A stretch of DNA of 64,000 bases, taken from assembly GCA_965112155.1 (NCBI GenBank), contig OZ218106.1; one strand, written 5' to 3'. This document shows, piece by piece, positions 26,135 to 37,087 of this stretch. The DNA is from Podarcis liolepis. Its lineage: Eukaryota. How positions within the stretch are numbered: position 1 is the stretch's first letter; every line of letters begins with the position of its first letter. A program made the translations under genes and the position numbers. Below the pieces are notes generated by a model that was not told the origin of the DNA, made no database searches, and was given only the letters and a program-made list of their open reading frames with translations.

Positions 26135-27545
26135 CAGTGTTTCCCAACCGGTGTTCCGCGGCACACTAGTGTGCCGCGGAACGTTGCCTTGTGTTCTGTG
26201 GGAGGGAGGTGGGCGAGTCGGGCGGCGAGAGGCGGGGCGGCGGCGGCGAGCACACGCAGGGCGGCGAGCGAGCTCCCTCCCACATCCCATCGCCGCTCGC
26301 TTCGGCCGGCCTACTGGAGGAAGGCGCGAAAACCTCGCGCATGCACAGGCCTTCCGCCTGCGACAGCCCAGTAGGCCGGCCGAAGCGAGCGGCGATGGGA
26401 TGTGGGAGGGAGCTCGCTCGCCGCCCCGCGTGTGCTCGCCGCCCGACTCGCCCGCCTCCCTCCCACGGCACACCAGCCTACCTCCGTGGGAGGGAGGCGG
26501 GTGAGTCGGGCGGCGAGAGGCGGGGCGGCGGCGGCGAGGAGAGGCCGCCCAGTGCGGGGCTCTCGCCGTCTGCCTGCCTGGCTGCCTGCGAGCTCAGCGG
26601 GCAGTGCTTCCGTCCACAGCGCCCGCCTCGCGGCTCTCATTCCCTGCCCCTGCCAAAGCTCACCCAGCCAAGCCGTGCTCTCCTTCCTGCCTCGCTTTTC
26701 TGCCTCCTCCCCCCCCACCCCCAAAGCTTGGAGGTTCCCCGGCAGGAAGGAGGGAACTTAATCCTCTCCAAGGGCTGCGGAAAACAGACATGCAAATGGG
26801 GGCTTGCCAGCTCTTCAAGCGCCGCCGGCTTTCTTCGGGAATTACCGCCCACCGAGCCCGGTAACGCTGACAGGCCGAGCCGCGGGGCTTGGCAGCGCAG
26901 CCGGCAGAGTGTGGGAAAGGGCGGCCGCCACGCGCCGGGCAAGGCGAGACTCGACGGGGAGGACACCGGCAGCAGCGCCCCCCCCCCCCCAGAAACCCGC
27001 TCCGGGCAGGTAATTCACAGAGAGTGGACAGAAGGAAGCCTTAAAGGGCTTCAGCCTCCCAGAGTGGCGGGGAATAATAATAATAATAATAAAATTGACA
27101 GGTGGTGTTATTCTAGGTGAGGGGGTGGGGACTGTAATAACAAAAAAATCAGCTGTATATCAACCGCTGTTTTGCAATGAGGAATTGCAAATAAGGAAGA
27201 TCAAAAGGAGAATGTTTTTTTTGGGGGGACTCTCTTCCTCTTCCTCTTCCTCCTCCTCCTCTCGTTCTTGCTCCTCTTCCTGGCAAAAGGGCTGCTGAGA
27301 CCCCTTCTCTCTTGGGTGCCGGTGGGTGCTGTGACGTTGACGCTGCTGTGGCAAGTGCCTTTACTTAGCAGAGTGCATTCCCCTTTACACAGGAGGGGAG
27401 GGAAAAAAATTGAAACTTACACTTTCGTGCGTCCCTCCCGGCGCGACGCTGCGCGCTGACGTCACGGGGCTGTAATGGTGGTGTGCCTCGAGATTTTTTT
27501 CATCAAACAAGTGTGCCTTTGCCCAAAAAAGGTTGGGAAACACTG
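26135..27545. mobile_element. Young non-autonomous hAT (Charlie-like) transposon with GC/CpG-rich interior
   Basis: Perfect 15-bp TIRs cagtgtttcccaacc / ggttgggaaacactg. Perfect 8-bp TSD ttctagag at 26127-26134 and 27546-27553. No transposase motif. Confidence 0.95.
26198..26466. repeat. Long inverted repeat inside the hAT element
   Basis: 26259-26317 is the exact reverse complement of 26368-26426 (59 bp). Arms extend imperfectly to 26198/26466. Confidence 0.95.
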
Positions 27546-30500
27546 TTCTAGAGTTTGCATATCTTTAGGGGATGGTCTCAGTTCATGATCACCCAGTACT
27601 ACATAACTCCTGGCTTTCTAGGAATTCAATACAGATTTGCCAGTTGTTCTTTCTGCAAAGGTGGCTTTAGAGGAGAAATTCCAGAGGAAGGGCATTTGCA
27701 TAAGCAGTTAGTTCATGAGACCCACAAATGCGTTTTATTCATTCTCATATTAAAATACATGCTCATACATTTACAAGCAAGGTTTATATACGTTTCCTAT
27801 CCTGCATTTAGAGTCTCGCGAAGAATAGTGAAACGTGCTCATAAAACTTCCTTTGAAATTTAATTCAGAATTAATGAACCTTTTTCTCACAATCAAGTTT
27901 TGAGTTTTGTTTATGAAATGTTGTTGAGATTTATTCCTTTGTTTGCCGGCAACTGCTGTATAATGAAGATAGAATTTGTGTACGCTGTTCATGGAGGAAG
28001 GTGTGCTATGGAAACATTCATAAGATCTATCAATGCCATGTTTTGCCTCTTTTAAAAGATTTTCTGCTTTTATTAATGCTGTGCTCTATATCTTGTAAGC
28101 TGCGTTTTTAACTGCAGGCTGCTACTTTTTATTTTATTGTTTGAAATGGAATAATTGTGTTTTGGCTAATTGTGTTTTATGCTTTTATTGTTTTATGTGT
28201 GAAATGCCTCAAGATGCTTTTGCTTCTGTTGTTTGCCCTGAAAGGTGGCATAAACATATTGAAATAAAAATATATATTAACTCCCTCTTTTGTCATAACT
28301 CGGCTACTCCCCACCCCACCCCACCTATCTTGCTAATTGAAGGAGTTTACTTGGCAAAACCACTAATGGCCTAAGCAGGTGGTTTAGAGGAGAAATTCTA
28401 GAGGAAGGGCACTTGGCTGTAGTCTTTGTAGTTACTGCATAAACAGGGCCCTTTTGATGCTGAGAGTGTTGCAGCCAGCAATATATGGACCCCAACTTCC
28501 CTCTCTTCTGCCTGCTTGTCTGCCTCAGGAGACAGCAATGCATGTTGCACGCAGGGTTCACCATATCTTCACCCTACCCAATATTCTGAAGCAGTTCAGC
28601 CTACTGCCTTCATCTCACAGGCAAAGATCTAAATATTGTACAACCAAGTCTTTTTCAGCTAGAGTTAGCAAGCTATGCTCCCTGGAATCCATGCTGTTGG
28701 CTTGCCAGGAGAGTAGGAACAGAGTCTGTTGATTCTGGACTCAACTATTGCTTCTTAAAATAGATCCTTTCCAGCATCTAAGAGATAAAACTACATTACT
28801 GTTATACCAGCTAGGGCAAAAATGGATGGGCGGAACAAATATTTCCTTTATTTATTTGACTCTTGTGTTATCTTCTGTGTTTTGAGGAGTAAATCTACTT
28901 TTGTTTGGTTGCAGTAATCTGGTGAGTTCTGATCCAGAAATATTCTGAACTAGTTTACTTTATCTGACATTACTGTCTTCTCTGCTAAGCTACTGAAGAT
29001 ATGTGTGCAGCCCCCTAGAGACCTTGGTGAGCAGAACCTGGGAGCTAAAGGAGTGATGACTCAGTACCCTAGTGAGATCTCTTCTTCTCATAATACGTAG
29101 TTCTACTTCTCTTTTGGCTTCATAGGTGCTGCCAGCAAGTAATTCACCAGAGCATTTCAGAATAGTTTAGTCCCCATGGTAAAGGTGGGGCAACCACACA
29201 AGATCCCAGAGTAAGTGGTTCACTGTATCTGAAACTATAGGGAGGGCTAGTTAAACCTTAATTTCAGACCAGAGTAGGGAAATCTGTGGCTTTCCAGATG
29301 TCATTGAACTCCAGCTTCCATTAGCCCCAGCCAGCATAGCTAATGGCCAATGGCCAGGGATGATGGATGCAGCAACATCACCTGTCCTAGGCCTACAGCA
29401 GAACTAGGAGCTCACTTTTGCATATCCTTTGTAGTGCACATTACAAGACAGGACTGGATTAAATGAGTGGAAGAGTACCTTTACCTCCTTCCAGTTATTA
29501 TGGAAGAATACTTGCCTTGTGTGGACCCGTTCTAAGTTGAAATGTGCTTATTGCACTATTTTGGGGGTTGCAAAGAATGGGCAATTTGAAGGCAAGGGAA
29601 GTTGAGAGCTTCTGGGGGCATCCTGTTTCATGTTCCACCACCTGGGGTGCACATTTGGTGATGTGTTAGTCAGTCTTTTATGTAGCTGAGCAAATTTAGA
29701 GACCTGGAGTGAAAACAGGATCCATTGATTTACATGAGACTTGCATGATCACATTCAAAGTTTGCAGAAATACGAGGTACTGTATCATTTCTCCTTTGGG
29801 CCATATTTTCTTTCTTTCTTGAAAAAAGGGGGGAAACCCTGAAAATATACAAAAATTAACAAAAACAACTTTCTCTTTCCCTTGAGATTTTTCATTTTTC
29901 AAAGCAATCTCTTATTTTATCTGTATACCCTATCATTCATTTTGTTTGCTTCTATAACTATATATGAAATACCAAGAAATATATACATATTTTACAAAAG
30001 AAACATTAAAAATATTATATGGGTATCTACTGTCAATCATATGTTATATATACACACACACCATACAATATTTTGGTGTTTCTTTTTTTAGATTATACAG
30101 GCTACATACCCAACAGCAACCTGAATTTATAGAAGGTCATTTTTGCAGGCAATGAAAAAAGTAAATCCATACAAAATAGAAGCTAGATGGTGCAGAATGA
30201 ATTTGAATTGATTCTTGCATTGTTATCTGGAAACATGACTTCTTTAGGTTATTGTGCACACAGCATAGCATATCAAAATAAAGTAAAATCCTTAGATTTT
30301 GTTGTGATGGCACATTAAACCATAAAAGCACACAAAATTACTAGATGCAGCATGGAGAGATTATTTATTTCCAGATTCAATGTGGTTAAAAGTGCATGTC
30401 TTTGCTATTATAATGCATTTCTATGGATGTCCTCTGACTTCTCGGAAAGAAGACTCTGCTAGGTAAAAAGGACAAGAGCTAAGCTATTTTTTTTAACAAA

Positions 30501-32381
30501 GATATAGCTAGGTCAAAAAGTTCTGACAACTACAACACAGTCAGCCATCTCTGAATGCTCCAATGGTTTTGATTTCACAGACACAACTAGGAATAAGAAG
30601 CAGATGTGTCTCCAACATTAACCCTCAAATACCCAGACTCTTTCCCATTTTACTTTACTACATTTGCATTAGCAGGAAAAAATATATTTCCATTTGTACA
30701 TGCTGGAATAGTTTTCAACAACAAATTTCATTGGAGCATGTGAAAATTCTCAGCATTCATACATTGCTACATTTTAAACTACAAGAGAGTATAAGAGATA
30801 CAAATGCAGAAATTACCAATAATTTGTATCTGACCTTTTATCTAGACATCAACCTGTTTGCTTTCCTGAGGAGCGAAAGTGCACATAGCAACAAATGGAT
30901 ACTCTTTCTTTCACTGTGGTAGATATTGTAAAGCAAGTTATGCTATTGCATTAATGTTACAGGCTACCTCCTATAAATATACAAGTACGTAGGCCAGAGT
31001 CCTCAGTTGGAGGAGGTATACTTTCAGCTCCACACTGCATATTCAGCCAGGAGGGCAGAGAGACTTTTTAAACCTCTTATTATAGATTTTCTATAACAGT
31101 GCAGCACATAAAATACACCTCTCTACCTATCAAACCATCTAGGGCAAGTTGAGGGTTTTTTTAATTGAACGGACTAATCTTTCACATTATGTGTTAATGC
31201 CTTGGTCTAGAGACATTCACAAATCCTCCTCCTATTGGTTGTAGGACATAGGCAAATCTGTCAATTTGGGTTTCTTCCATTTTTCCAAATGGGAAATTTC
31301 TATACATTTCCACCAGTTTCTGATCTATATATATACTTTCAATGCACTCATGAAAATTTACCAGCACTTTAGTGAGAATTTCTTCTAAAATTCACATTTT
31401 TAAATGCAAGTTTGTCCAAGTTACACTTTTTTTCAAAGCACATTTTCACTAATGTGATGCATTTTAGAACGTTATTTTTGTTGATGTATGTATTTTTATG
31501 CACACCGTACCCAAGAATCTGCATTTTTGTACACTTACTCGGCTGGACGACTGCATCACAAAATTCAGAGAAGTACAAAATTCAAAGGATGGCTGTGATC
31601 CAGTTGATATACTGTTTTGTAAAGTGCCAATCAAGTGTCTACCTTTAAATGTGAAATGAATTAAATTTCTCACCTGTCTCTAATTTGCTCTGTTTTTAAA
31701 AACCCTTTGTTCCCACCAAACTCAGGAAAACTCAGTAAAGTTCCTTAAGGCTGTAACAATACAGCAACCACCACCACCCCATTTCAGTATCAACCCCTGT
31801 GCTCTCCCAATCACAATGAGTAATGCCAGGAGACTAAACCACACAGACCTTAACCAGCTCTTGAGTCTCTGCAGAAACCAGTACTGCCCAGAAGTTCCAT
31901 TGAGCAGTTTATTCAAAGTATAAAGGGAAAGCAAAGAATAACAAGTATTTAGCTCAAAATTGAATAAAGAACTATACCAGTATATTGGTCTAACTAATCC
32001 TACACTTGATCCAAACTATCAAATTTATGTGCATTGTGCTTATGACAGCTCAGCTGAGATACAGAACTTCCATTTTCTCTCCAGAATATATGATGATACT
32101 TGAAGCTGAAAGTCCCCAGGAGTGCTCAACTTTGCATAGTTTCTCACAGAACTTTTAATACCGCAATGTGGAAACAGTCATGAGGCCTAGGGGCAGATAT
32201 GTCCCAGGAACAGGGCAGGCCACCCCACTAGGGGATGTTGCATGCTTGCCAACACATGCAAATCTACTGAAAGGTCAAATCATGCTGATTTTGACAAATA
32301 CAAGATGAATGTTAGAATATGCCCTTATTCTACATTAAGAGTTGCACACCACTACAGAGGAGCAAATAGCTATTGACTCAC

Positions 32382-32393
32382 CTTTCCTATTAT
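32382..32393 (-). other. Candidate 12-nt microexon
   Basis: Minus strand tcatcttttcccctcctaccag|ATAATAGGAAAG|gtgagt: strong acceptor, consensus donor, frame-preserving length. Confidence 0.3.
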
Positions 32394-32439
32394 CTGGTAG
32401 GAGGGGAAAAGATGAAAAATCTTCACAGGAAAAAAATTG

Positions 32440-32615
32440 GGGAAGGGACATAACTCAGTGGTGGATCAACTACTTTGCATCCAAAAAGTCATTGGTTTAA
32501 TCCTGGTCATCTCCAGGTAGACCAGGGAATATCACCTGTCTGAAACCCTGGAGAGCTACTGCCAGTCGTTGTAGACATTAATGAGTTAGATGACCCAATG
32601 GTCTGTCTCAGTAGA
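32440..32615 (+). mobile_element. Squam3-type tRNA-derived SINE
   Basis: taactcagtggt...tttgcat...ggtttaatcc...catctccaggtag...ctgaaaccctggagag...tgccagtc...gtagaca...ccaatggtctg. Confidence 0.8.
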
Positions 32616-32652
32616 AATTAGATTTTTCTGTTTCTATGGCTATTTCACTATA

Positions 32653-32902
32653 CAGTTGTACCTTGGATTCCGAACGGCTTGGTACTCAGATGTTTTGATT
32701 CCTGAACGCCACAAACCCAGAAGTGAGTGTTCCGGTTTGCGAACCTTTTTTGGAACCCAAACGTCCAAAGGGGCTTCCATGGCTTCTAGTTGGCTGCAGG
32801 AGCTTATTGCAGCCAATCGGAAGCCACGCTTTGGTTTCTGAATGTTTTGGAAGTCGAACGGACTTCCGGAAGGGATTCTGTTCAACTTCCAAGGTACCAC
32901 TG
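32653..32902. mobile_element. Tc1/mariner MITE
   Basis: TA|cagttgtaccttgga ... tccaaggtaccactg|TA. Confidence 0.9.
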
Positions 32903-33010
32903 TAGTGATCTTTTTTATTTTGATTTTACAAAATAGAGAGGCAAAGGGAACATAAAAACTAACATATACATAATAGTTTTATCTGCAGTCATTGTGAAAG
33001 ACCACTAGAT

Positions 33011-34189
33011 CCTGGTCATCTCCAGGTAGACCAGGTTTCCAGGTGGAAAAATCGAAGCTAGAAACAGAGCTGTTAGAACCTAAGACCAAGGTACTTTCAA
33101 AAATGTACAACTTGCTGTTAAAATGGAACACTCAAGATGAAACGGTTAAATCAGCCATGATAAAATGGGCACAGGACATTGGGTACAATATTATGTTTGC
33201 TGACTGGGAACAGTTATGGACCACAGGTATGAAGTTTACGGCATGTAATGCCTTAAGAGAGAATATTATGAAAATGATATACAGGTGGTACATGACCCCA
33301 GTCAAGCTTGCAAAAGTATACCATTTGCCTGACAACAAATGCTGGAAATGTAGGGAAACTGAAGGAACATTCTTTCACCTCTGGTGGACTTGCCCAAGGG
33401 TTAAGGCTTTCTGGGAAATGATTTACAATGAGCTGAAGAAGGTATTTAAGTATACCTTTCCCAAGAAACCAGAGGCCTTCCTTCTGGGCATTGTTGGCCA
33501 GAGGGTGCTAAAGAAGGACCGAACTTTCTTTATGTATGCAACAACAGCAGCAAGAATACTCATTGCAAAACATTGGAAGACCCAAGATTTGCCCACACTG
33601 GAAGAATGGCAGACGCAACTGATAGATTACATGGAATTGGCAGAAATGACTGGCAGAATCCGAGACCTGGGAGAAGAGACAGTGGAAGAGGACTGGAAAA
33701 AGTTCAAGGACTATTTACAAAAACATTATAAACTGTATGAATGTTAAGAAGATGCAGGATAGAAAATAATATGGCACCAGCAATCTAAATTGAAAGAATA
33801 TGAGAATAAGTGATGTTTAAGAAAAAGATGAAATTTGGAGTAACATTATGTTTAAATTAAGTATCTAAGCACTTGAAAAATATTTAAAGTTGGAGACATA
33901 ATATTTGAAATTTATAAACTAAGATTTGGAATAAGGTGACAAATGGCTGCTTATAATTTTTATAATTGGGAACGCAGGAGAGGGAGATGTGAGGAAGTCC
34001 AAAAAGTTAAGCAAATATGTTTTACAGACAGCTGATTTCGTTCTATATTTTCTATTCTTTGTTTACCTTTTTGTTTTTTTGTTTTTATCTTTCTTTCTAA
34101 CTGTGTTTGTTATATCTTGGTGATGGTATTTTATATGTTTGGTGACTTTATTGTGTAAAACCTTTAATAAATATCTTATATAAAAAAAA
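33011..34189 (+). mobile_element. 5'-truncated L1 LINE
   Basis: 15-bp TSD gaaagaccactagat (32996-33010 and 34190-34204). AATAAA at 34166 and an A-tail at 34182-34189. Uninterrupted ORF2 C-terminus. Confidence 0.95.
33043..33747 (+). CDS. L1 ORF2 C-terminal fragment with CCHC zinc knuckle (truncated, not a host gene)
   Basis: 234 aa without stops; motif CWKC-x8-H-x-WW-x-CP...FW. Confidence 0.85.
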   Translation: MEKSKLETELLEPKTKVLSKMYNLLLKWNTQDETVKSAMIKWAQDIGYNIMFADWEQLWTTGMKFTACNALRENIMKMIYRWYMTPVKLAKVYHLPDNKCWKCRETEGTFFHLWWTCPRVKAFWEMIYNELKKVFKYTFPKKPEAFLLGIVGQRVLKKDRTFFMYATTAARILIAKHWKTQDLPTLEEWQTQLIDYMELAEMTGRIRDLGEETVEEDWKKFKDYLQKHYKLYEC

Positions 34190-36887
34190 GAAAGACCACT
34201 AGATGATCAGTGTGGATTCACACAACCAGCTAGAATAAGTTAGTTCATGCCTGCTCCATTTGCAGAGACAGGTTTCCCACCTCTCATTCTGTCTCTTCTC
34301 ATTCTCAACTGCATGCAGTAGCCTCTGTCACAGTCTTCTGCCTGGCTGTCATTTAACAGTACATATCAACACTGAATAGTAAAACCCAGTTAAACATGAC
34401 AGTTCCACAGCACATCGAAATATACCTTGTCTTTTCAGTCAAGTATATTCCATCCATATTCACAAAATATTCTTTGAAAAAGCCGTATACAAAATGTTTC
34501 ACATGTCTCTGCCACTCAGGAGTAAACCCAAGGATATCAGTCTCAGTTCAGGTTCACAGCCTTATGTGATAAGAATAAAAATGATTATCCTTGGTGTCAA
34601 ACACTGGTAGAATGTTTTAACTATGGCTCAATCATGATATTCAACCTACCTGGCCCACCAGCATTTGAGTGCAGCCCCATGAAGCAAATTATTTGCATAA
34701 AGCAGCCATCTCAGAAACTTGAGCAATTTCAACCACACATATTGCAAAGGCTCACACAGGAGGGCTTTTTGGTGTGGTTGAAATCGCCATGTGTGGAGCC
34801 ACATATTTTACTCAAGCAACTTGTCATACAAAGTCTGTTCAGTGGTTTTTCAAATAGCAGTCATGTGGCAGGTTGCATGTATGCAGCCGGCCTAAAGCTG
34901 GAGAATCAATCCATTTGACCACCATGACCTAAGTGTGGACAAAGAGTGGAAGAGAACAAAGTCAACTTTGTTTAAGCCCTAAGTTGTTACTATTTTTGAG
35001 TGTCAATTCCATTTTTATTTTCCCAACGCCACTTCATCAGTTCTTTCGCCGACTATGAAATCCAGCATGTTAATTGGTGGAGGTGACACAAATAGGGAGT
35101 AAGTGATCACGCCACTTTCTGCCAGCTGCATTCTCTGCTTCTATTGTTACTGCAGACCATTCATTAAAATGCATTACATTTCTGTCCACCTAGATAGGAA
35201 GCACTGTTTCCAGCATGCAGACTGAGGCCAAAGTCCTGAAGCAAAATCAGAGTAAGGGCAGCCCTCATTCTGATGTATTTGGGATTGAAGTGATATCTCT
35301 AACCCAGAAAATGCCAGAATGAAGAAGAAAGTGACAGCAGGGGGGAAAAGACAAGAGGCTGCAGTATTATCTGGGGTAACATTTTCCCCATGACCCCCCA
35401 AATCTGGCATAAAAAATGGTTTTCCTGACTACACACCTCTTCCCCCTTTCCCATGCAAGTCTTCTATTTAAAAGATAATCATTGGTTTTCCCATTGTTCC
35501 CAAGTAAGTAAGCTCTTTCCTGGGAGCCCCACTTCAGCAGTTATGCTGTCCCAAATGAAAGGCAGCTTGAAAAATGTCCTTCCCCGCTTCTTTTCATAGT
35601 GATTAAGCTATATCCCTAACAATGACTTTTCACAAGGCATAGTTGTGGGTGTATGGCATGTGCCAAACATGTGCAACTCCCCACCCAAGCGTGAAGCTTC
35701 ATAGCAGTGCAGTTTGTGCTGGAAGAAATTCAGTCAGACTCCAACTTTTCAGTCAGTTCAGTCCTTTACTGACAGGTCCAAAGCATTAAGGCAGTTTCAC
35801 TATATACAGGCTTCTACTAGATCCCTAGTAGAAGGTTCAGGCTTCAAATGCAAAGCAAGTACAACTCACAGCATACATACACACAGACTTCAGTATCAAT
35901 CTGGCAGAGCTTCCTTACAGCAAAGCAAAGAGGAAATGCAGAGCTCCCTCTTAATATACTCACGTGTCACCACACCCTTGGGTCACAGAGACCTCCTTGG
36001 CTGGTTGCCAGGTCAGTGACTTTCAAACACTAATCATAAAACCTGCAGCCTGCAAGATAAGGGAAGCACATGCATCAGATTTTGCTTACCAGCAATTAAA
36101 GGAACCCCAACAATAGTATTTATTTTCTCCGAGCAACATGACCCTTGGGATCCATATTTCATTCCAGCTGAAAGTACCTGCAATTTGTAAGTGCATGGTG
36201 TGCTTCAGATGAGTTGAAGTTAATGAAGTAACTTTGTAGCAGTGTGATTTGAGTTTTCCCCAAGATTTTTTTTTTTAGTGGTCCCAGACTCATCTCTTTG
36301 AAACTATTATATTGCATCAATATTGATTAATGAATTGATACAGCACCATCAATATGTGGGGGAGGATGATCCTCCCTTGTCTGTCTGACAACGTATGTGC
36401 CATGCCACAGCTTCTGTCAAGAAACACAATTTTCAAGTTAATGGAATGCAGGTTGTTGAATATTCTGTAGAATATTGCCCATTTAGCATATGTCAAAGGC
36501 ATCAGTGTCCTAATGAGTGTAGTACAGAGGTAGGAAACCTTCCAGCCCATTGAGCCTAATCTTACCTGTCAGACTTCCCCATCTGAGTCATGAGTCTGTT
36601 CTAGACAAGCCACACCCACCTACACCTGATATGATGTCATATAGGTGCAAAGTAAGTAATGTTGGGGCTTTGCAGTCATTGCCAGTTGGTAGTTCCTACA
36701 AAGCTCTGTTGTGCAGTACTTGGGAACCACAGTGCAAAGTGTTTGGGACTTGGGAGGTGCTGAGCATGGGGGTTGCAAAGTGCTTCATAAACAGCTGACA
36801 GCCACCTGATTGCTGCATGCTTGGCCTATGCCCAGTGCTTTTCAAAGGCTCAACGTATTTAATTTATTTAAACTATATATATGGTTG

Positions 36888-37087
36888 CAGTTACAGATAG
36901 GTAGCCGTGTTGGTCTGCCATAGTCAAAATAAAAAAATTCCTTCCAGTAGCACCTTAAAGACCAACTAAGTTAGTTCTTGGTATGAGCTTTTGTGTGTAT
37001 CTGAAGAAGTGTGCATGCACACGAAAGCTCATACCAAGAACTAACTTAGTTGGTCTTTAAGGTGCTACTGGAAGGAATTTTTTAATT
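36888..37087. mobile_element. Truncated Penelope-like element with inverted pLTR ends
   Basis: About 65-bp inverted arms (36932-36996 vs 37018-37083), a gtagccgtgttggtctg tail and a 14-bp flanking duplication tatatatatggttg (36874-36887, 37088-37101). Confidence 0.85.
36997..37034 (+). ncRNA. Minimal type I hammerhead ribozyme motif (Penelope-associated)
   Basis: GTAT-CTGAAGA-A-GTGTGC at GCACAC-GAAA-GC-TC|ATAC: conserved core, helix II, helix I and a palindromic AGCT in place of helix III. Confidence 0.7.

Noticed and set aside
26068-27120. Many overlapping ORFs up to 309 aa
   Set aside because: Expected from extreme GC content and the inverted repeat; low complexity with no domain motifs.
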